Assembly: GCA_964234715.1 (NCBI GenBank)
Contig: OZ174281.1
DNA length: 64,000 nt
Strand: one strand, 5' to 3'
From: Podarcis melisellensis
Lineage: Eukaryota
How positions within the stretch are numbered: the first letter of the stretch is position 1; the number at the start of each line of letters is the position of its first letter. Shown here in pieces: positions 1-10,510 of this stretch. The position numbers were made by a program, and so were the translations under genes. The notes beneath the pieces are model-generated. The model did not search any database, was not told the DNA's origin, and saw nothing but the letters and a program-made list of their open reading frames with translations.

Positions 1-640
1 ACCCATAGATGGGGGATTCTTATTAATGAGCTGAGAAATCTATACAGTAGAGACCATTCTTCGCAACTTTGACAAGTATATCTAGTGCCTAAATAAAGTG
101 ACAGATCTTGATGTTTCCAGGGAACAGCCAGCAATATCCTTAGGCTCAGGACCAGGTAAGATCCATTGCAGTACCAACATGGATAGTCCCTGATCCTCAG
201 CACTATGGAATCTTCTTTATAAACTGCATGATGCCCAAAGAACAATAGAATAAAATAAATGAATCCAGCAACAAGCCTCAAGGCTGCCATGCAAGGGGGA
301 AAACATGGACTGCATCATGAGACATTTGCTACACAGAACACACACCATCATGTAGGAGAACAGCTTGTACACCATGTGAATATTGCCACATGTATTTCAT
401 CTCATGAACATGCAGTGCTAATTGCATGCAATTGTGTACATGTGGTCTAAACTCAACTTTTTTACATGGAAGCCATCGCAGCTAGGAAACCATCACACAT
501 GACGTCATTTAAGGTGAGAAACAAACTGCTTACAATAACCATCTAGCATTTGTTTTAACACTTCGTTAGTGAATCTGATTTAAAGAGGACACAAATGTAT
601 GCTTTTGTGCAGAATTGGCTGCTCAGATATTTTTAGTTAC

Positions 641-1024
641 CTCAAAAAGAGGTTTTCTTTCCAGTGCATCCAAAGCATGGGCTGCTGCACTCGCCTCCTG
701 ATCGTGAGATACAGTAGCAGTTTCTTCCTGTTTGGTTAAAGCTTTTTCAGCCTCCTGCATCTTTTCCTCTTTAGCCCCCTCAGTCACAGCAGAGCCCTCC
801 TTCCCTTTGATGCTAGAAGCCACATGCGATTTTGCCTCTGCTGTAGTATCCAGCTGAACGCCAGCCAATTTAGCAGCATCCCCACTTGCATGCACACTCA
901 TCACATGTCTCTCCTCCACCATTACAGTTTCCTGCACAACCTTCTTCACAGCCTCCTGTTGCTTCTCCTCCTCTGTCTTCTTCTCACTAGAACGTGTCTC
1001 CTGATCGGTTTTAGCTTCTGTTCT
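641..1024 (-). CDS. EPB41L3: EPB41L3 exon 18 (RTEAKTDQE...KKVVQETVMVEERH...IKGKEGSAVTEGAKEE...ERKPLFE)
   Basis: ccctgcag|AGA ... GAG|gtaact; 384 nt, phase 0/0. Confidence 0.93.
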
Positions 1025-1515
1025 CTGCAGGGAAAAGAAATTAATATCAAAAGCTAATGTGGCGTATAACTACAATGCTAAAGCGTATTAGTCTTGGCCA
1101 ATTTTTCTTTGTTTTGCTTGCTTTTTTCCATTATACAGGGTGTTTGCTTGAGTTCTCATAAAACTGGATAGTGGTACAAAAGTTAACAGAATGTAATTTA
1201 TCCTCATTTGAAATATTCATTTAAAGTCTCAGTGTACTTCCAATATATTAAACAGCTCAGAAGGAAACAACAGTAAATACCCGGTTGTTCTTTTCAGGGT
1301 TTTATGTGTGATCTAAATTGAGGGGAAAGCTAACCAGCATATGGTGTTATATTTTCCATGCAGATTTTGAAGATAGTAATGTATATAAAGTAACACTAGT
1401 ACACCTACGTGCAAAATAAAAATCCAACTATCACCACAAAGTTTTTTTTTAAAAAATCCCCAGTCCCATCAGGGTAAAATAATAATAAAATCTAAAGATG
1501 GAATCAAATGGCCAC

Positions 1516-1638
1516 CTGTGCCCAGCTATGTGAAGTAGATGTAACCCCTCCTATGAACTCAGTTGGTTTTCTTGCAGACTCTATTAAAGTGAAGATATCT
1601 GAACCATCCAGAGCTTTTTCACCGGAGAGCTGTTTTGT
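1516..1638 (-). CDS. EPB41L3: EPB41L3 exon 17 (TKQLSGEKALDGSDIFTLIESARKPTEFIGGVTSTSHSWAQ)
   Basis: ccatttag|ACA ... CAG|gtggcc; 123 nt. Confidence 0.95.
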
Positions 1639-2141
1639 CTAAATGGACAGAAAAATGTAGAGTCACAGACAAGCACAAACACACAAATAGAAGCAGATAC
1701 GCACTCGCACGCACACACATACACACACATTATGTTAATAGACAAAAACAGACAGACAAAGGAAAGGAGGTAAAGTGGCAGGGATACAGAGAGGAAAATA
1801 ATGGGAAAATAAATTAGCACAAGTCTGTAATGACTATAAGCAGTAATCTAAAATTAAAAAAACAAAGTTGTTAGCATTAGGATTTTGCTGGTCTTGTGAA
1901 GTATTTCCCCCCTTCCAAAACAAGCCATAGCAGCATACTACTGTTCAGTAACACTGAAAGCCTAAAAATGCCTGGTTTGTATTGTGTTAATTGGCTTAAA
2001 CCATGAGGAAATAATAAGAAGCTGGGTTGGCTGTTGTCAACATAAAGCCAGGCAGCAAAAGGGCCGAAAGGCAGGGTAGTGAGGGTATTGCCTAAAGAAG
2101 TCATGCTTTTATCTTTAAGCTGTGGCAAAGTTGCATGTTAC

Positions 2142-2858
2142 CACTACTCTTGATGCTGATGATTCAGTAACATAGTGAGCAGTAGCAATGGTCAAGGGTG
2201 GTTCTCTGGAATACTTCCACTCAGATATACTCTTTTCTTTCCGACCAAATGCCTCTCCTTTTAGTCTTTCACTGTCAAGAGGTTTCTCAGCTCTGGAAAT
2301 CTGTATGTTGCCCAGTGTATCGCGCAACTGCAAATCCTGGTCCATCTTTAAGGTCTTCTTCAAACTTTCGTCTTCAGGGCTCTGCAGCCGGGAGTCTGTC
2401 TCTTTAATAGGTGTCAAAGATTCAGATACCCTTCTTTTTGAATCAGATAATTTTCTGGCTCTCTCATCAGTAATTGGTTCTAGAATTTCATATTCTGCTA
2501 CTACGGGAATGATTTTCACAGATTCTGGCACTGCCCTTTCCATTTTTTGAAATGCTTCGAGTGATGATGGCGCAATTTTTTCTCCCTCTTTTACTTTAGT
2601 GGTCATGGTTAGAATTTTCCCAGAAACAGTATCGTAGGATTTTCCTAAGGTGTACATTTTCTGCTTATTGTAGTCTTTCGACTGCAATTCACCTTCCAAG
2701 TCCTCAAAGCTCTGTATGTCAGTGGATTTTAAAAGCTTGCCAGGGATGTCACCAGTTTTACTGCTCACAGTCATTACTTTGTATGTCACAATGGTTTTCG
2801 ATTCACCATCAACTACCTCAGTGGGTACTTTGTCTACAATAACCCAATCCTCAGTGCC
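2142..2858 (-). CDS. EPB41L3: Large EPB41L3 U3 cassette exon (GTEDWVIVDKVPTEVVDGESK...HYVTESSASRVV), 239 aa
   Basis: caaatatag|GGC ... GTG|gtaaca; 717 nt fully open in AT-rich DNA, phase 0/0, E/K/S/T-rich. Confidence 0.85.
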
Positions 2859-4136
2859 CTATATTTGAAATATAAAAGCTAAATTAGAACTAGTGGTTTA
2901 CCTTTGTGTTAGGAAACTAAAATATAATACCTTTTAAGAAAGTACAATAGCCATCTAGAGATGATATACATTTTATCCTGTGTAGTTTTCAAAAGTCTGT
3001 AGGCATCTTAAGTATTTCAACTTGTAGAAACTAAACTTAACAACATAAGTAATATAAGAAGGAACATCATATTATTATTCCTAAACAAATTTACTTAAAA
3101 TATATTGACTACTGAAAATATTGTATATTGCAGGGTAGTCTTATCAGAAGTTATTTACAATATTGTACAGTTTTCTATTCGGTATACAATACATTCTAAG
3201 GATTCAGTCCCAAACATGCATATTTAGAATATGTAGCAATGTAATAATTTGCACTTACTTCCAGCAATAATTTTTTAAAACCGGTGTGCAAGTATTACAG
3301 AGTTTGAATGAGACAAACTGGATCCTTGTTTGCTGAGAAGTGGTCAACATAATCTCCCTCTTGCAACTTAACCTTTAGTTACACTGGCTAGGGGAGAAGT
3401 CTACAAGTTGCTCTACATTACTTTTTAAAGAATATTCACAAAGGCATGATCCTTTCTCACATGAGCACAGAAGCGATTCTCATAAATTTATTTTCCCCCT
3501 TTCCCCAAACATGACTGCATGAGAAATGACCTAGGACAGCACTAGGATAGGGATCACCAACGTGGCACCTGAAAAGTTATTGAGCGGTGTCCCTAACAGG
3601 GGCCCCAGATTTTGAGCTTTCATTTTTTTTTTTTAAAAAGGTAAGTCTCTATCCTTCCTAGAAAGAAAGTTATGAAGCAAAATGTGTAGATAGCCTTCTA
3701 TGTGATTTATGTGTAATTAGCCAACCTGTCAGTGTTTCTAGTCAATGTGTGAATTCAGAGTGGTTTTGGTAAGTGAGTTGTTTGAACACCAGGCAATAGG
3801 AATATCTGGAACTGAGGAATCTCTGGAATCTCTAAAGAACTGCTTTTCCCCCCTTCTCCTTTGCACACTTTTCCTGCTTTGTCTTATTTTACAGGGTTTT
3901 TGGAATCCGTATAGCTTGCTCTTTACTCTTTTCTTAGCAATCAGTATGAATATTTTCTGTGGTAGTTTCATCTGAGATCAGGTACTCCCTGGAAGTTATT
4001 TTCTGCAAATATTATTGAGCTATAAGTACAGATGGAAGTTAAAGAATCCTTTCCTCAAGTGGCAAATACAAAATGTGAAAACTCTGCAAAGAACCTTAGG
4101 ACTCAAACTCAATGTACTCATTCACTGTATAGTTAA

Positions 4137-4230
4137 TTGGCCTCCACAGTCACAGACTCATTGTTAAAACCGTGTTTATGGAAGACAATCTTACACGGCT
4201 ACGAGTGATCGCCAAAGAAGAAGAAGAAGA
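4137..4230 (+). mobile_element. Short 5'-truncated non-LTR retroelement 3' end with (GAA)n tail
   Basis: CpG-containing ...CACGGCTACGAGTGATCGCCAAA(GAA)4 tail; possible AGTTAA target duplication; family not determined. Confidence 0.4.
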
Positions 4231-5196
4231 GTTAACTTACAGTACAGTGATAAATTTGTCTACTCAAAAGTAGGTCTCATTGTGTTTAATGGAGCTTGCA
4301 CCCAAGTAAGTGGATAGAGGAGAGCAGCTGAGGCTTTGGTTTAGTTTATAATTGGGTGAAACAGGGTTAATGTGCCTTTCAGCTGTATCTCCACAACCAG
4401 GACCAGTAGGACATAGCTGACTTCCTGTGATAAGCATGAGGTTGTTAGGGGAAAGGAGAGAGAAGCAACAATGACTGCACCCTCTCTAATTTTGTGTTAT
4501 GCCACGTCCCCATGGCATCCATTTCATCACTGGCACCCAGAGCACTCTCCCAAAATTCAGGTGTCCAAACTGGCTGGCCATCCTTGCCTTAGGGCAGACT
4601 GGGGCTTAGCTTACACACAAATATGCCATTAAGGAATTATGCCCTCTGAAGCTTGAATAACTTGACCAAGCATAGAGAGAGAGGCGAGCGAGGTTATAAG
4701 TATGTGCGCAACCTTTCCCTGTAAGCCTCTCTCCCTGCCTGGATATATTCACATGTGGAAGAACAAGAAGAGAAAATTGACTCTTGAATCCTAGGAGGAT
4801 CTTTGATTGGGGGCACTATACTTGCATACTGACAGATATTGACGATAAACATTAACATCTGGCAGCAACCAGTGAATGTTTTCAAACATGTATGATAATG
4901 AGAATATTCATGAAGAAGGTGGGATTGGATATGAACCACACCCCTTACAGATAAACACAGCATAGTATTTTCAATGAGACATTTACACATGCAAATGCAA
5001 ACTAAGGGATTCTAAGCTGCAGATCTCACGACCTTTGCAATGTATTCATTTAATCTTGCATTCTGCTTGAAAATTTTACCTGCTACTGACTTTTTAAAGT
5101 AGAAAATTGCTTAGAAAAAGGAGTATGGTGTGTTTATCAAGCCAGTGCCACAAAATGTGGCCTGTTTGAATCATAAGAAAGTGTGCTGCTTTTTAC

Positions 5197-5271
5197 CTGA
5201 GAATCAAGGTATGCAGTGCTTTCCTTCTGCAAAAATATACGCTTTTCAGATTTCTCTCTCTCTTCTTTGGT
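5197..5271 (-). CDS. EPB41L3: Candidate EPB41L3 U3 cassette exon (TKEEREKSEKRIFLQKESTAYLDSQ)
   Basis: ccattccctcttattcattag|ACC ... CAG|gtaaaa; 75 nt, open, phase 0/0; too short for the ORF track. Confidence 0.7.
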
Positions 5272-6112
5272 CTAATGAATAAGAGGGAATGGACATAAAT
5301 CTATCACCTTTAATAAACACGCCTTATCTTTTCACTTGCTAAGGCACAAGTATCATCATCATCATTCCCTGCCCATCTCGCTGTGTTTCCCCAGTCACTT
5401 ACTGAGCTATCTTGCTTAACAAGCAAAGGAGAAAACTGATTTTTGAGCAATGTGGGGAGAGAAGCAAGTCCATCATTTCAGATGCTGGCTTTAACAGCTC
5501 ATCTTAGGTAGAATTAGCCATTCTTAAGTGCGTTGATTTCAGAGGTCTAAGGGATGCCTAATTCTGCACAGGATCATTATATGGGACTTTGCACAGTGCC
5601 TGCAGACGTTCCTAAAATTATGAATGAAAACAGGATGCAAACTAATTCCCTGTCAGCAGTCTGTAACTAATCTTCATCTGCTACCAGTTACCTTATGGGG
5701 GGTGTTTCTTCTACAGGGCCATAGGTCTCCCTACAGTGGAGGTGGGGAGGCATGTAGGAGACTGGTCCCCTGAGGGTTTGCAACAAATAATGATCTTGAC
5801 TGAGTTATGTTTTGTATATGTTATGAATTCAGGAACAGGAATCCTCTATGCTTGGCTGATCTGTGACCAATTTACCTCCTAGTTTTGCTTGGTAGAATAA
5901 TAAAATTCTACCATCTTTCTTTTCATTCAGTTACCAAAAACAATAATATTTTTGTTTCATATCTTTAGCATATCTTGCCAATTTTGTACCCTAACTGGTA
6001 TTTATGGCAACCTAATTTAACATATGCATTTTTTTAATTGAAATTGGTTGGCCTATTAAGCACGCATGAAAGTTTTACTGGACAGTTAAAGGTTGAAGGA
6101 CAGAAAGATCAC

Positions 6113-6304
6113 CTCTTCAGGCACAAGTGGTTCAATCATAGGAGCTTCTTCATGTCTTGCAGCAAGCCGGACTGGTGATGTAGAAAGCCTCTTCTCCCAT
6201 TCATTGGTCCCTGAGGTATCTGCGGAAGTTTCCAAGAATGTCCGTTTCAGCTCACTTATATTGGTCTGGTGTTTCATCAGGTCTTCCTGGTTTTTATCTA
6301 GTTC
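6113..6304 (-). CDS. EPB41L3: EPB41L3 SAB constitutive exon (ELDKNQEDLMKHQTNISELKRTFLE...NEWEKRLSTSPVR...EPLVPEE)
   Basis: ttttcag|GAA ... GAG|gtgatc; 192 nt. Confidence 0.96.
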
Positions 6305-6860
6305 CTGAAAAGAAAAAAGAAAAACAGCATTTAAAAAAAAACCTACTTTATCTAAATTGACAAGATATAAAAAAAAAAACAAGTCATGTGCGTTAGTCAG
6401 CAAAAGAAGCCTTGACAAGATTATGTCTCACAACACTAACACAACACTCTCGGGAAACTGGTGTTTCAAAGGATAGTTACATATAAACTCTTAGGACACT
6501 TTGCACATAGCATGGTGGCAAACTCGCCCTTGCCGCTCAGGGTACACTTGTGAGGGATCTCTGCAGTCAGTCCCAGCTCCCTGGCAAGTTTACCTCTATT
6601 AACAGGCATTTCTACTTTGTGTTTTTACACATATGTGGAAAAGATTTTATAGGCTCACTTCAAAATGCAATGTGTAAAGTGGTCCTATCAAATATTCTTA
6701 GGATGGTCAGATTTTATACACATTCTACCTGTTAAGGTACATCTACATACCCCTGATCTACATATATACAAACACAGTCCTAAACAACAGTGTAACAGAA
6801 GGTCATAATCTTAGGAGAGAGAGGGGCATTTGATTTATTAGCAAGTGAAAATACACATCT

Positions 6861-6924
6861 CATGCATCAGAGTGCAGATCCACAGCTTAACCACTATATT
6901 CAAACCACAAGGAGAGTACATGCA
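6861..6924 (-). promoter_or_regulatory. Two RBFOX-type UGCAUG intronic splicing elements downstream of the SAB cassette exon
   Basis: Plus-strand CATGCA at 6919-6924 and 6861-6866, about 22 and 80 nt past the donor. Confidence 0.7.
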
Positions 6925-6945
6925 CTGGTATATACCAATACCAAC

Positions 6946-7011
6946 CTCTAACATAAGATTACTATGTTTGACATACACATTTTCACCCTTTATGCGCTTA
7001 ATCAGACTATT
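6946..7011 (-). CDS. EPB41L3: EPB41L3 SAB cassette exon (NSLIKRIKGENVYVKHSNLMLE), paralogous to 4.1R exon 16
   Basis: ttttcag|AAT ... GAG|gttggt; 66 nt; GENxYxxHSNLMLE motif of the spectrin-actin-binding domain. Confidence 0.94.
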
Positions 7012-7142
7012 CTGAAAAAATTGAAAGAGAAAGGGAGAAGTAAGGGCCATAGTACTGAAGGGATACAAAATGCTGTTCTGGTTAAATTGGTAGAGGAAGA
7101 GTACCAACAATTAAGCATAATACAAGCCATTCTTCCACCTAC

Positions 7143-7178
7143 CTGTGCCTTGAGATCACCATCTTCTTCTTGATCAGA
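7143..7178 (-). CDS. EPB41L3: EPB41L3 exon 15 (SDQEEDGDLKAQ), short cassette exon
   Basis: attaacag|TCT ... CAG|gtaggt; 36 nt. Confidence 0.93.
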
Positions 7179-8918
7179 CTGTTAATATAGGAAAGATTGG
7201 GAAAAATACTTTATGTCTACAATAATTATAATAGCTTTTTAAAGTGATTCGTATACATTATCTCAATAATCTGGTCTTATAGAACATGGATGTGCACACT
7301 GCAGTGTACCTCAGACACTCAAATAAGGAAGTTATGGTTTAAATAACTTGGATAAGTGAATTCCAAAAGTGTACAGTGAATTTTATGGTGCTGATTGGCT
7401 TATTTTGTTTTACATTTGTATTGTTAATTGGAATTTTCATATTGTTTGTACAGTGGGATTCTTGAGTGAGGGGTAGACTAGATTGCACTGAAGCAGGTTT
7501 TGAATAAACACCAACTATTCAGTGAAATGCAAATAAGCTCCTCTCTACCTTCATAGTTTTGGACAGTAAAATAGTATTCATATTTTTATTTGGTATGGGG
7601 TTTTTAAAATCTTAAGATAACACTGAGGCAGATGGTTCATTCTGTCTGAACATTCAGAAGAAGGATCGAACAGGCTTCCTAAATTAGGAAGGTATTTAGA
7701 AGCTGGAGACTATGGGCTGAATTCAGACTTCCTGTGAGTGGACTTCCCAGGGGCTGAGGAGGTGTTTCATGTGCCAGAAATAGAAATCAAATGTGAGAGC
7801 ATTCAGCACAGTAGCCCCTGTATTATGGAACACGGTCACAGTGGAGTTGGGGCAGGTGTCAACATTGTATGAATTTGGGTGTGCTATGAAAATTCAGCAA
7901 AAAAATAAAATTAAAGAATGCTAATTTTATGTGGTTGCTTTTAATCAGTGCTTTTTGTTGACATAGTGCTCACTTATGGATTACCATCACTTCTTTTTTT
8001 GCTACAGATGGCACTTTTATCAATGTTCAGGTACTGGCACCTCATTCCCCCTCACCCCAAAAGCACTGGTTTTATTTATTATGTATGCTGTTCTATTTTT
8101 TATTTTGCGGTAAATCATTTAGGAGAACTCTGATTATAGGCAATTCACTGTCTGTATTTGTGTGCAAGCTATAGTTCAGAAGCCAAGTAATGCTACTATA
8201 TGAATTAGTTACTTTGCATCAGGTTGCTTTGCTATTGTTTTATTTCTATGTACTATGTTTCTTTTAGTCTAAAATACACAACAAAGGATATCTGAAACAC
8301 TGAGTTTTTAAAAAAACGCCACAGAAACAAAATGGCCTAGGATGATAGGAGTAGGCTTCACTCTCAGAAGCTGAAGAATAAAGGGCAGAGAAATGCAATC
8401 CTTCCCATGCGAACCCTTTAAGATTCATATAAGTGAATGTCATTCGCTAAGGGAAAAAGCTGCCCTCCATGCATGAGACTGACAGGAATCCCATTGTGAA
8501 GTTACTGTGTTTCTTGGTGCACAGCATACAGAGATGCACTGTATCTTACAGGAACCATTCAGTATACAAACTCTGACTCCACCCCCTCACCTTAGCTCAT
8601 CATGATCATAGGCATTTTGCTAGTGTTTTATGTATTTGGGCTCCAATATCTGGATACTACATACATGAATAGCATCCAACTGCAGCTTTTCTAATTAGTA
8701 CTTGTACTTTTGAAATGAAAAGCTGCAAATCTTTCACGTATGCAAAATGTGTGTGGGTATGTATTGTGTATTCATGTATCAGATCCTGAGCCCATATTGT
8801 GTTGAAAAGGGTGTTCGATTCCATGAATAATAGGCAAACCAGTGCTAATGTGCAAGATCTGATGGGAGAAGGTACATGATACACTCTTTGGCAACTATGT
8901 GATATCAACTGTACAAAC

Positions 8919-8972
8919 CTCTGTGGCAGTGGTTTCCCCATCCGCTGCAGTATCTGTCCTTTCACTGTCAGT
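8919..8972 (-). CDS. EPB41L3: EPB41L3 exon 14 (TDSERTDTAADGETTATE)
   Basis: aaaacag|ACT ... GAG|gtttgt; 54 nt; matches the human peptide as recalled. Confidence 0.95.
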
Positions 8973-10216
8973 CTGTTTTGTTATACAAGTAACCGGGTTC
9001 CAATGGGTAAGCAGGAATAAAGAATAAACCCAGTTTGTAAGTAAACACAAGTCAGAGGTTGATTTGCCAAGTCTACATCCCTGTGAACTGCACTTGAGTT
9101 GCTTTTCAAACTATAGACACTTTAAAAGAAGCAAAATCAGAAAAAAACAGACCAGACTCAGAGGAAGGCTCAAGGCATACTGTACAAAGAATATGGCTTT
9201 TGATTTAAGACATTATTAGCCAAACAAAATCGTACCAGAAAAATTATGTAAGTGTAGCTTTTAATTCTACTGAGGAAAGCCAGGTGGCTTTAACAAGAAG
9301 TAAAACTTCCAAAAGCAATTAGTCCAACTACAATGCACAAGAAGTATGTTTTTAATGAAAAATTAGAAAAATGTTGGTAGTTTATTGAGTTCATATTTGA
9401 AAAGGGAAAAAAGCAGAAATAAATTTGTTTGTATATATACATATACATAGCTACTTTAACAGTCACCTGACTTTCAGCCCCTCATTTGTACAGATTTTAT
9501 TTTCCTCACATATAAAAAAGGGTATAAGGCTGTCTGCATTACCAAAGTGTTTCAAGAGATGGGTTAAATGTAACAGAATCTGCTATTCTTTCTTTGAGAG
9601 AATTGCAATTCTCAACCAACATATGAGATGCTGATACCAATTCTAACACTGTAAGGACATATTTAAAAATAAAAAAGACAAAAAGACTTTCCATTCCAAT
9701 TTACAAAACATGACAATTATCTTTTAAAAAATAAAATAATAATGACATTTAGTAGGTACAAATGATCCAAGTGAAACAAAGCACAGCATTATCCATCCTA
9801 ATCTACTGGTAACTAAGAATGTATCAAGAACATCTTTGTTATTAGTGCCTGAAAATGAATTACTACATCCAGGTATTATCATCTTTTTAAAAGTTGATGA
9901 GGTATTGGGATGGGGTTAGGGAAATATTTCAGATTTTACAAATAGTGAACTTTTAAAAAAAATCCTAGATATTTCACACACTTTAAATTATATTCTTGCC
10001 GTGTTAGGATCATTAAATAGGCAACAAAACTGGATTCCGGAAGCCCTTATGGCTGCAAAGAGGCTTATACAGTATTTCAAAGATTGATGGATAGATTCCT
10101 GCCACCCACTACTCAGTGGTCTTACTGGCCTTTCTGTGTTCTGAATTTATTTCTTATGATCCTTGCTCTTGTTTATATATCTATTTGGACAAATATTAAT
10201 ATATTTGTAAGTTCAG

Positions 10217-10510
10217 CCCAGACACTGAGGTCCAGTTCTGAGGGCCTTCTGGCAGTTCCCTCATTGTGAGAAGTGAAGTTACAGGGAACCAGGCAGAGAG
10301 CCTTGGAGCATCCACCCACTAAAACACCCTCCCATCAGTTGCCGAGAGATAAACAATTATACATCCTTCCATAGAGATCAGAAGGCAGCCCTGTATCAGG
10401 AAGTTTTTAATGTTTAAGTGTGTGTGTGTGTGTGTGTGTGTATTCTGTTGGAAGCTGCCCAGAGTGGCTGGTGCAACCCAGTCAGATGGATGGGGTACAA
10501 GTAATAATTT
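10217..10510 (+). mobile_element. L2-like LINE 3' fragment, contains (TG)n
   Basis: Ends in GCTGCCCAGAGTGGCTGG...CAGTCAGATGG..GGGGTACAAGTAATAAT, a common squamate L2 tail; homologous copy at 33215-33517. Confidence 0.7.

Noticed and set aside
824-2550. Plus-strand ORFs antisense to exons (e.g. 824-1057, 2188-2550; also 6093-6308 and 53546-53800)
   Set aside because: Antisense shadows of EPB41L3 coding exons with no independent gene structure.
4713-4738. Pyrimidine tract followed by a 26-nt possible microexon
   Set aside because: Not frame-preserving and the donor (AAG|GTTGCG) is weak.
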